Source of the DNA: a virus
Virus record (IMG/VR): IMGVR_UViG_3300044646_002092
Span: 32,001 to 96,000 of that record
DNA: 64,000 nt
Direction: 5' to 3' (one strand)
The position numbers were made by a program, and so were the translations under genes. Numbering within the stretch: the stretch's first letter is position 1; the number at the start of each line of letters is the position of its first letter. Below are positions 53,355 to 61,780 of the stretch, in pieces. Under the pieces are notes generated by a model. The model made no database searches and was not told where the DNA came from. It was given only the letters and a program-made list of their open reading frames with translations.

Positions 53355-56054
53355 ATGACACTAATTAGACCATCAACAATATATTATTATCGAACTAAAG
53401 CAGTAAATTTGAATGGAGAATCCCCATACTCAAATATAGTTTCAGTAACAACTCCTGCGTCCTCACTTGGCATTGGCGTTACTCCTCCTTCCCCATCTCA
53501 GCCCTTAATCATAACGGTAGAAAAGAATAGCAACTCTATCAGGGTAGAATTGCAAAAAGCTGCTCCTAACGAGTACCTAAAAGAGTTAAAACTTGATGTA
53601 TCGGTAAACGCTGACTTCAGCGCACCACTTTACTCTAATCTAACGTTTTTACTAACGCAAAATATTGCGGCGACAGAAAAAGAAACTCTGGCGCTTACTA
53701 TTGGCGGCTTAGCGGCAAATACGCTTTATTACTACCGCTTGCGTTTCTCAAATGCAACTGGACTTTCGGCGTGGACTTCAGCTTCACTCTCTACTACACC
53801 AAATTTCCCTATTCCAGACCTCCTCGGCACAACCAATCTCACAGCTATTGCAGCTCGACTAAACTGGGGCAAAGTGACTGGCGCAACTACATATTTTGTA
53901 GATTTATCTACAAACATTGGCTTCACTTCATTAATCCTTAATAATGTCAATGCAGGAGATGTCAGTTTTCGAGATGTAGGGTCACTTACGGCTGAAAATC
54001 AATATTACTATCGTGTAAGGGCTTCGGATGGCACAACTACCTCGGCTAGCAGCGATGTAGTGACTTTTACGACACTTCGAGATGTAGAAACTTATGATGA
54101 GCAATTTCAGAATCTCGCAACACCGACAATCAGCAACATAACAGATATTTACCTCACTTATTTTTCTGTATACTGGGGCAAAGTGGCTTTAGCGGATAGT
54201 TATAATGCTCAAATTTCAACTACATCTGACTTTAGCTCGATTACTCAAACCGTAAGTACCAAAAATAACTTTGTCAATTTCACAGGTCTAACGGCTGCAA
54301 CAATCTACTATGTTCGAGTACGGGCAATCTCTGTTTGGCAAACTACTACGTATTCAGCCACACAAGTCGTCACAACGCTTTCCCTAAATACTTCATTAAA
54401 TCCACCACAACTTCTTACACCAACTACAATAACCTCGAAGAGCATTTTGTTCCAATGGGTTCTACGCAGCTATGCCACTCGTTATTTGTTTGAGCTAAGC
54501 ACTTCATCAGTTTTTGCTTCTAGTGCTTACTCGACTATTGTAGGTAATGTTGGGTCTTTGCTACTAAATGAAGGTATTAGCCCCGCAACAACCTATTATT
54601 CACGTATTAGAGCGCTCAATTCTAGTCAGTCCTCAGATTACTCCAACTCTGTCACTACAACGACCTCAGCAGCCCTTACAAGCATAACTGGAGTCACTAC
54701 AACTAGTATTACCGATACTTCGGCAGTTATTGGCTGGACTTTGAATGGTAGCTACACCGATTATTTGCTTTCAGTGTGGAAAACAGAGTCAAATGCTTAT
54801 TTAGGAGTCAACTTCTATCGTAATAAGAGCCTTGGGAACACTAACACGCACACAATTGACCTATTCTTAGAGCCAAACACCAATTACAGCTACACAATCG
54901 CTGGAAAAACAGCTTCTGGGGATACTTTAACGACTCCCGTACAGACTTTCTCGACCAAAGCGGCTGCACCAATACTTCAACTAGCTAAAAATCTGCTCAC
55001 TTGGACTTACAATCTCGACAATCTCGAAGTTAGCACTGATTCTGATTTCAAATTCTTGCTTAAGGGGTATCCAAGAAGCGTAGCGAACAATGGCAGCTTC
55101 AATGCAGAGAATTTGCTTGACTCTAGTACCAATTACTATATTCGCGGCAACTTTGAGGGGGGCATCTACTCCAATATAGTCAGTACATCAGCTTTGGCGG
55201 TTTACAAAGGCATTATTGGAAAGACTTCCTTTTCTGCCTTCTGGAAACGTAATGCTGGAGCTACTTCATACAGTGTTCAACTAAAAGTGCTAGATACTGG
55301 CAATTATGTGCCTGTAAGTGGTTTCACGTTCCCTAAAAATGTTGGTGACGTTAGCAGCTACACATTTGAATCTCTTTCTGCCGACACACAATATCAGGTA
55401 ATTATATATGACTCAAGCTCAAACGTTTCTATCCCGTATTTATTCAAAACTAATCTGTTTAGCGATACAGAGGAACCTACTACTGCATCTCTTACGATTC
55501 CTACAGTAACTCTTGACGGAAGTGCTGATTTTGACCGAGCTAGTGTAGTGCTAAGTGGTTATTCCAAGTATCTGCTCAATTTGGCGCGAGATAGTGCATT
55601 TACGCTCGATAATACTTATTTTGAGAGCAGTTCCAATAATATTGAGCTTCTGCTTAAGCCTAATCGCACATATTACCTACGTGCTTACGGGTATAACGGA
55701 GATGACCGCAGTACTGACCCTTCAACTACCCTTACAATCAATACACCCATTGAACCATATACTGAGCTTACTATCTCTTCAGCGCCAAGCATTACTAATA
55801 TCAATATACTTGATGAGTCACAAGTCGAACTAACTTTTTCGCAAGTAGTTAACGCAACTGACTACACGCTTGAGATTAGTAGAGCAAATACCTTTACAAT
55901 TCTTGAGGAGCTGAGTGTTACAAGGTCTGCTGATAACAAATTCTTAATCTTCGGATTGAGTGGAACGACTGTATATTACGCTAGACTGTATGCTTTCAAT
56001 AGCACCAAAATCTCTGCTTACTCATCTACAACTACGGTGGACACAACCCCATAA
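53355..56054 (+). CDS. fibronectin type III repeat virion protein
   Basis: repeated W...Y...L...T.YY.RVRA FN3 pattern. Confidence 0.8.
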   Translation: MTLIRPSTIYYYRTKAVNLNGESPYSNIVSVTTPASSLGIGVTPPSPSQPLIITVEKNSNSIRVELQKAAPNEYLKELKLDVSVNADFSAPLYSNLTFLLTQNIAATEKETLALTIGGLAANTLYYYRLRFSNATGLSAWTSASLSTTPNFPIPDLLGTTNLTAIAARLNWGKVTGATTYFVDLSTNIGFTSLILNNVNAGDVSFRDVGSLTAENQYYYRVRASDGTTTSASSDVVTFTTLRDVETYDEQFQNLATPTISNITDIYLTYFSVYWGKVALADSYNAQISTTSDFSSITQTVSTKNNFVNFTGLTAATIYYVRVRAISVWQTTTYSATQVVTTLSLNTSLNPPQLLTPTTITSKSILFQWVLRSYATRYLFELSTSSVFASSAYSTIVGNVGSLLLNEGISPATTYYSRIRALNSSQSSDYSNSVTTTTSAALTSITGVTTTSITDTSAVIGWTLNGSYTDYLLSVWKTESNAYLGVNFYRNKSLGNTNTHTIDLFLEPNTNYSYTIAGKTASGDTLTTPVQTFSTKAAAPILQLAKNLLTWTYNLDNLEVSTDSDFKFLLKGYPRSVANNGSFNAENLLDSSTNYYIRGNFEGGIYSNIVSTSALAVYKGIIGKTSFSAFWKRNAGATSYSVQLKVLDTGNYVPVSGFTFPKNVGDVSSYTFESLSADTQYQVIIYDSSSNVSIPYLFKTNLFSDTEEPTTASLTIPTVTLDGSADFDRASVVLSGYSKYLLNLARDSAFTLDNTYFESSSNNIELLLKPNRTYYLRAYGYNGDDRSTDPSTTLTINTPIEPYTELTISSAPSITNINILDESQVELTFSQVVNATDYTLEISRANTFTILEELSVTRSADNKFLIFGLSGTTVYYARLYAFNSTKISAYSSTTTVDTTP

Positions 56055-56058
56055 AGAT

Positions 56059-56736
56059 ATGATGAAAAACTTCGCTAATTTCAATCTTAGACCTGAAAAA
56101 ATAAATCTTTACGATAGCAACATAAAAAAAGTTGACTATGTTCCGTCAATGGGGCAAGTTATCATACGAAATTATCCTGAAGATGCTTTAGACCAAAAAA
56201 ACGCTAGAGAGGAATTTCATAATGCAAAGAAAGCTGAAAAAACTAGAGTAGTACCTCAAGTTGGTAAAGATGTGGTAAAACAATCTGACGGAGCAGTGGC
56301 ATATACTCAAAAATATGGTGGGCGAATGTTGGAAGATTATATTGATGATATGTCCCCTAAGCAGAAGTATAAACTTGGTAATCAATTAGGGCGAAGCCAA
56401 AGCCGACTAGTTGAACAAGCAAATCTCTATCATGACGATATATTCGAGAGAAATGTCACTATACCTAATCCTAAGAAGAGCAAAGCTTATCTCATAGATA
56501 ATGCTTCACTTCAAAAGGTTACGCCAGACAACATAAAATACGCCAGAAAAGTAATTGGACTACCTGATATTGTAAGTAAAGGATTCACTAAAGGTATACG
56601 ATTTAACAGTATGAAACACTTCGCTAACTTTGCAAATATTTATCAGACTGGACTGCAAAATCTGATTAGTCCTGTGGTAGAAAAAGAAGCTAAGAAATAC
56701 GTCAGAAAAAAGAAAGAAGAGCAGAAAGAGGAATAA
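56059..56736 (+). CDS. protein-kinase-like fold protein (RIO/Bud32/APH-like) carrying two FANF tags
   Basis: hinge-like YTQKYGGRML, HxDxxxxN loop HDDIFERN, YLIDN; MKNFANF at the start and MKHFANF at 56611. Confidence 0.6.
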   Translation: MMKNFANFNLRPEKINLYDSNIKKVDYVPSMGQVIIRNYPEDALDQKNAREEFHNAKKAEKTRVVPQVGKDVVKQSDGAVAYTQKYGGRMLEDYIDDMSPKQKYKLGNQLGRSQSRLVEQANLYHDDIFERNVTIPNPKKSKAYLIDNASLQKVTPDNIKYARKVIGLPDIVSKGFTKGIRFNSMKHFANFANIYQTGLQNLISPVVEKEAKKYVRKKKEEQKEE

Positions 56737-56884
56737 TAGGGCGCACACCAGTTTCAGCATAATTTAGAGGCTTGGTGTGCTGTTTCGCTCCGAAGTTTGA
56801 GGACTGTTAGTAGCCTTTCGGAGCCTGTTAGCTGGAGGCGAATGATGTCTTTTGCGAAGTGACTTTTTCAATATAGCACAACTA

Positions 56885-58414
56885 CTAGGCTTGAGGCGCT
56901 CCCTCTTGAGGAGGATATTGCTCAGCTTGTCCTTCAGGTGGCGGCATAGGGGCAGACATCTGATTTATTTGAGCTTGAAGTGCAAGAACTTCACTTTGTT
57001 TTTGCAACTCTTTTTGTATCTCAGCTTTGAGTGCATCTTCTTGCTTCTTGGCTTTTTCTTCTTCGTCGAGCGAAGGTAGTCCAAGATTCTTACGGATGAG
57101 GCTAAGTACCTCAACATCATCAGCAGGAATAATGCCAGATGCAATGAGTGAAGTGATGGTGCTGAGACGACCGTTGACTGTTGCTTGGTCTTCTTCCACA
57201 TCAAAAACAAATTCTCCCCAATCTTCGCTGAACCAGCTTGAAGGAAAGTTGTCATGTAGCAAGCCACGAATCATCTTGTGAATAATTTCGTGCTTGAGTG
57301 TAGTTGTTAGCGCAAAAATAGTTGAGTCAAAGGTCATTTTGAAATTCTGACCAAAACCATTGTTGCCTAGATTTGTCGTGCCTGAACCGCTATTAACGTC
57401 GAAGATGCCTGAAGGTATTGCGAAGCTCGATTGAATGCCTCTATCGATGTATTCTAGAGCTTTGAAGTGATTTTCGCTAGTATTTTGTATTTGGATGCGA
57501 GTAAGTTCAACGTCGTTATCAGTGACAATGAATCCGCGTTTTTGAATGTCTTTTAGTTGGTGCGAAAGAGCCGCTTGTTTTGTTAATTGAAGTGGTTTAC
57601 CCTTGCTGTCTTTTTTGACGTTACCTTGGGTGTCAACCATTGTGGTCGTGCCGTTGTTGGGTGTTTTTGCCCAGAGTAGACCTTCGCTGTCGTTTTTGAT
57701 GCGGAGAGCTAGGTGCGTGAGTACTACACGTTTTAGGCGATAATATGGCAGCGCTGATATACCGTCCCCAATACCCCAAACACTTGAAGCGTCGAATGCT
57801 GAGCCGCTATTGTTAATTATGTGTATACATTTCTGATATGGAATTTTTACTTCCTTTCCATCTCCGTTTCGATACAAAATCCATTCAATCTTGCCCGATT
57901 GAGTTGATGACTTCCCAAAAGAAACTATTTGGTCAGGATTCAGGACGTTGATATTACCTATTCTCCATTGCCCCCTGTACCCTCGCAGCTTTGATGATTT
58001 TGTAAATTCCGCAACTCCAACGCCATGTAGGATAACTGAGGAAAGTAACTTAAATATAATTTGCTTGAAACTTTTGGGGAGCGTTTTTAAATTACTATTT
58101 ACAAAAGCCTCTATTTCTTTCTTAGGATGTGAATATTCTCCGAAACTTTGGGTTGCCCTAAGTGCTTTAAATGATAAGCATTGGCTTGCTATGGGGTCAC
58201 GGCTCGCCATGAGCGACATTTCGCGAATTGGAGGACGCTCGGTTTCTGTAGGATGGTTAATTGCTTGTAGTGCTAATCCTGTGAGCGACGCAATTTCTGT
58301 GGAGTATTGTCCTTGTTGAAGTGCTGCCATTGGCGTAGGGGTTCCAGCAAACAGCAAAGAATCGTCTAGGTCTTCTAATAGGTTTAACTGAGTTGCTTCC
58401 TCGAACATTGGCAT
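56885..58414 (-). CDS. portal protein (DUF935/Mu gp29-like)
   Basis: 509 aa; RDPIASQCL, GVGVAEF, IHIINN...GIG...PYYRLKR, C-terminal IRKNLGLP. Confidence 0.65.
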   Translation of the reverse strand: MPMFEEATQLNLLEDLDDSLLFAGTPTPMAALQQGQYSTEIASLTGLALQAINHPTETERPPIREMSLMASRDPIASQCLSFKALRATQSFGEYSHPKKEIEAFVNSNLKTLPKSFKQIIFKLLSSVILHGVGVAEFTKSSKLRGYRGQWRIGNINVLNPDQIVSFGKSSTQSGKIEWILYRNGDGKEVKIPYQKCIHIINNSGSAFDASSVWGIGDGISALPYYRLKRVVLTHLALRIKNDSEGLLWAKTPNNGTTTMVDTQGNVKKDSKGKPLQLTKQAALSHQLKDIQKRGFIVTDNDVELTRIQIQNTSENHFKALEYIDRGIQSSFAIPSGIFDVNSGSGTTNLGNNGFGQNFKMTFDSTIFALTTTLKHEIIHKMIRGLLHDNFPSSWFSEDWGEFVFDVEEDQATVNGRLSTITSLIASGIIPADDVEVLSLIRKNLGLPSLDEEEKAKKQEDALKAEIQKELQKQSEVLALQAQINQMSAPMPPPEGQAEQYPPQEGAPQA

Positions 58415-58447
58415 AGCTACACTGAAAATTTTTACTGATTAGCCCCA

Positions 58448-59368
58448 TTATACCGTACTAGATGCGTGATTGAGTTTCTCTTCTTCGGTAGCGTATCTGT
58501 AATTTACAAAATCAGGGCTGGAACTTTTTATTCTTTTGCCTAGGGTAGCCTTACTTATACCTTCTAATTTTACAGCTAATCTCATCGATTCGTAATAAAC
58601 ATTATTTACCAAAACAGGTATACTACTAGGAGTACCAGCACCAGTCAGTTTTGCACTTATTTTAGCTCTAGCCTCCATTGTCACATCTCTTCCCATAGTT
58701 GCAGCGCTAATTTTAGCTTTAGTTTCTTCAGATGTAACTTTACCTTTCTGAAAAGCACTCATTTTTGCTCTGCTCTCAGTAGTGTGTACTCTACCCTTAT
58801 TTATAGAGGCTAAATACACTATTCTTTCTTTCATCTCATCTGTAAAGGGTCTATCTTTCGCTATTTCACTCATCTTTGCTTTTGTTTCTTCAGTATGTTT
58901 CCTACCCTTACCAGCCAAACTGATTTTTTCTCTTGTTTTTTCTGAGACAATTCTGCCAGTACTTGCAGCACGCAACTTAGATTTGGTTTCCTCGGTATGC
59001 TTCTTGCCAAGTCTAGTCTGCTGACCTTTTTTGGATGCCCTCATTTTAGCTTTCATCTCTTCTGTAAGATTAACCCCACCCCTCCCGCCAAGACTTATAT
59101 TGTAGGTGTCTTCACGTTTGACAAATTCTTGAGTTACCATTTCAGCTTCGGCTAAATAAGCATCAGTAGCACAACTAAATTCAGCCAGTGTAGTCCTAAT
59201 AAATTTATCTTTACCATACTTCTTCACAGCCAACTGTAAAGCATCCCCACTTCCGATATAACACTTAGACTTAGAAGTATTTGAAAGCTTATGCACCCCC
59301 ACATAAATTTTGCCATTACAAACGTTCGTAGTTTTATATAAAATCCAAATCTCTTTATTTGTTTCCAT
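58448..59368 (-). CDS. GIY-YIG endonuclease with NUMOD3 repeats
   Basis: LYKTTNVCNGKIYVGVH...YIGSG; repeated HTEETKxKxS. Confidence 0.9.
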   Translation of the reverse strand: METNKEIWILYKTTNVCNGKIYVGVHKLSNTSKSKCYIGSGDALQLAVKKYGKDKFIRTTLAEFSCATDAYLAEAEMVTQEFVKREDTYNISLGGRGGVNLTEEMKAKMRASKKGQQTRLGKKHTEETKSKLRAASTGRIVSEKTREKISLAGKGRKHTEETKAKMSEIAKDRPFTDEMKERIVYLASINKGRVHTTESRAKMSAFQKGKVTSEETKAKISAATMGRDVTMEARAKISAKLTGAGTPSSIPVLVNNVYYESMRLAVKLEGISKATLGKRIKSSSPDFVNYRYATEEEKLNHASSTV

Positions 59369-59426
59369 TGCAAATATGCCTTTCCTGAGTTATAATAGAT
59401 ACAGTATAGCACACTGTGAGTATAAA

Positions 59427-59570
59427 ATGCGTCCTGATAAGTCAAAACGTCTAAATGCAAAGTTATCTGCCAAAAGACATGAAAAATTGTCGAAATATGC
59501 AGAGTCCCAAGATAAAGATATGACATCCGTTATCGAGTCGTGGATTGATTCTCTCCCCAACGTAGAATAA
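59427..59570 (+). CDS. small ribbon-helix-helix protein of the kind seen beside cyanobacterial IS200/605 TnpB genes
   Basis: KRLNAKLSAKRHEKLSKYAESQDKDMTSVIESWIDSL. Confidence 0.6.
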   Translation: MRPDKSKRLNAKLSAKRHEKLSKYAESQDKDMTSVIESWIDSLPNVE

Positions 59571-60316
59571 TGACCGATTCCCTATTCCCCAAAGTTGACG
59601 GGCATGAGTTCCTTGCACCAAGAAATTCTGTCGGAGTGCCATTCGAGACGCTGTTCGCCGCCGAGGATAATTCACTTCACCAGAAACTTAACGGTTCCTA
59701 CGATAAGTACTTCCCCCTCTATGTCCTAACAAATATTCAAGGTTCTAAGACCGACTACCGCCCAAGTATCAACCTAATTAATGCCACTGGCACTGAAACG
59801 AAGCTGAAAGGAGTGATGACCCCGACAATATATAAGGAAAAGATAAATAGGCGCGAGGTGGGTCGAAAAAACGATGTTCACCCTATACTCGGCAATAAAA
59901 ATTTGGCATTAAACAGAATTTACTATCGTGAATTTCTAATACCCAAGCTCGACCCTCGATATTCTCTGATTATTGATGGCAAATTCATAACAAACACAAT
60001 TCAAAAGCCAGCCGAACAATTCACAGATATCTCAGTAAGCCCTAGCAGTGTCTTCGAGCCATTTGCCAAGGGAAGTCTTGTAAAGTACTCTGGTAACTAC
60101 TGGAGATGTCTAGAGCCTACCAAAGCTTACCCAAGCAGTGAGAATACGAGCTGGAAACAACTACCACAGCAACAATCAATTTTCACTGCGGATATCTATT
60201 CAATTTTTGGTAGTAATGTACAATTTCTGCAAACTTATACCGAAGACCGCACTTTTAGACCAGAACAACAAGATACCTCTTTGGTTACATATAATGTTTC
60301 GTGTTTTTATGGTTAG
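59570..60316 (+). CDS. hypothetical protein (possibly virion)
   Basis: 248-aa ORF. Confidence 0.65.
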   Translation: MTDSLFPKVDGHEFLAPRNSVGVPFETLFAAEDNSLHQKLNGSYDKYFPLYVLTNIQGSKTDYRPSINLINATGTETKLKGVMTPTIYKEKINRREVGRKNDVHPILGNKNLALNRIYYREFLIPKLDPRYSLIIDGKFITNTIQKPAEQFTDISVSPSSVFEPFAKGSLVKYSGNYWRCLEPTKAYPSSENTSWKQLPQQQSIFTADIYSIFGSNVQFLQTYTEDRTFRPEQQDTSLVTYNVSCFYG

Positions 60317-60740
60317 ATAGTAATAGGATAAACCGTCCAACAGTAGTGTAGGTACTGGGGAGTTGTATAAGCCTTAATCAAACAACCCCATCTACCACAT
60401 CCATAAATTTATTAAGTAAAAAATGAACATCTTATTTATTCTGCTAGCTGGCGAATCTTGAGTCTGCCTTACAGCACTGGGGATTTACTAAAGGTGGCTG
60501 CGAAGATGAAGGAATTTATTGGTATTCACAAGTTTTAGATAGAGTATTAAATGTGGCAGAATTTCACGATGGAGTATACCTATCTTCTAAGACTAGTAGC
60601 GATTTAATACCTAATTATCATGCTTTTCCTCATATTTTGCGACGTAGAGTAAGTTTGCTGATGTCAAATCATACTATTAGACCAATGTTTACCTCTTAAG
60701 ATGGATATACATACGTCTATTTTGTGTTATATTAGTAATC

Positions 60741-60815
60741 GGCGGGATGGAGCAGTCTGGTTAGCTTGCGAGGCTCATAACCTTGAGGTCGATAGTTCAA
60801 ATCTATCTCCCGCCA
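60741..60815 (+). tRNA. tRNA-Met(CAT), initiator-like body
   Basis: GGCGGGA/TCCCGCC acceptor, CGAGG-CTCATAA-CCTTG anticodon arm, TTCAAAT T-loop. Confidence 0.85.
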
Positions 60816-61044
60816 TAACACCCTTCCGAGTGTCTCGGATTGCTTAGTGAAAGTGGCAGTTTCAACACTGCGCTTAGCCGTATAAAGGCTAGGCTCCTAC
60901 AGGTGGTCATGGAAACTAACACTGGTGTTTACGATAAGAGCTACATTACGTGAGTATGTAGAGTTGGGGCTGGTAATACTACAGGCTGTCAGTGGTTTCA
61001 AGAACGGTTGTAACACAGTTGAGAGCTGACCTCTTATTTAACTT
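60816..61044 (+). ncRNA. unclassified structured RNA inside the tRNA array
   Basis: at least four local hairpins plus long-range GTCAG/CTGAC and AAGAG/CTCTT helices. Confidence 0.4.
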
Positions 61045-61115
61045 GCGGTTATGGTATAAAGGAATTATTCTTGGCTTCCACCCAAGAGATGAGATATCGT
61101 AATTCTCTAACCGCT
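61045..61115 (+). tRNA. tRNA-Gly(TCC), atypical T-loop
   Basis: GCGGTTA/TAACCGC acceptor; CTTGG-CTTCCAC-CCAAG. Confidence 0.7.
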
Positions 61116-61118
61116 TAA

Positions 61119-61191
61119 TCCTCTATAGCTCAGTTGGTAGAGCGTCGCGCTGTTAACGCGAATGTCCTTAGTTCGAGTCTAAGTGGAGGAG
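61119..61191 (+). tRNA. tRNA-Asn(GTT)
   Basis: canonical cloverleaf; CTGTTAA loop. Confidence 0.9.
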
Positions 61192-61194
61192 TTT

Positions 61195-61265
61195 GGGTCA
61201 TTAGCTCATGGGTAGAGCATCTGGCTTTTAACCAGACCAAGACGATTCGAGCGCGTCATGACCCT
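61195..61265 (+). tRNA. tRNA-Lys(TTT), T-stem mismatch
   Basis: TCTGG-CTTTTAA-CCAGA; GGGTCAT/ATGACCC acceptor. Confidence 0.75.
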
Positions 61266-61342
61266 TTGTGATTAGCTCAGTGGATTAGAGCATTCCCCTT
61301 CTAAGGGAAGAGTCGTTGGTTCGAGTCCAACATCACAAGCCA
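61266..61342 (+). tRNA. tRNA-Arg(TCT) with encoded CCA
   Basis: TTCCC-CTTCTAA-GGGAA; TTGTGAT/ATCACAA acceptor then G-CCA. Confidence 0.88.
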
Positions 61343-61345
61343 AAT

Positions 61346-61417
61346 GGCTCTCTAGCATAATGGTATTGCAGCTCTCCTGTAAAGAGCAGATTGTCAGTTC
61401 GACTCTGACGGGAGCCT
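61346..61417 (+). tRNA. tRNA-Thr(TGT) with C33
   Basis: GCTCT-CCTGTAA-AGAGC; GTCAG-TTCGACT-CTGAC T-arm. Confidence 0.75.
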
Positions 61418-61459
61418 TAAATTTTCGCGCTATACTAAGTAAAACACGGGAATTATATT

Positions 61460-61723
61460 ATGTATTACGCCGCACTCTTAGTATTTGTTGCATTAGTCGT
61501 ATTTTTTGCTACTCCAGCCTTGAAAAAAAGCGACGATAATCCAACTCCTCTAGACTTTCGAGAGATTCAGTATAAACTGGGCTTCCCTAAAACTGGTGGT
61601 CAAGGAGGAGGAAGTAGATACACTCCCCCTAAACGCAAGCCTCCTGAAAGAACTCAACCTACAGGAAGTCGCGTTGAAGATGAAGTTGTAACCAACCCTG
61701 AAAATAAACAAGGGAAAAACTAG
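61460..61723 (+). CDS. small secreted or membrane-anchored Pro/Gly-rich protein
   Basis: N-terminal hydrophobic helix, then PKTGGQGGGSR and PERTQPTGSR. Confidence 0.6.
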   Translation: MYYAALLVFVALVVFFATPALKKSDDNPTPLDFREIQYKLGFPKTGGQGGGSRYTPPKRKPPERTQPTGSRVEDEVVTNPENKQGKN

Positions 61724-61780
61724 TCCAAAAAACCATTGGGGAAGAAAGTTTCGTCCGACACTCCAAATTAATTCTTAATA

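Noticed and set aside
30396-56054. Diversity-generating retroelement acting on fibre genes
   Set aside because: No reverse transcriptase and no TR/VR pair differing at adenines was seen in the window.
60966-61044. tmRNA (starts GGGGCTG)
   Set aside because: No matching 3' acceptor/T-arm (CAGCTCCACCA-like) or tag reading frame was found.
61346-61417. tRNA-Tyr(GTA) reading of the CTGTAAA loop
   Set aside because: That register gives only 3 bp of anticodon stem and there is no long variable arm; the Thr(TGT) register gives a perfect 5-bp stem.
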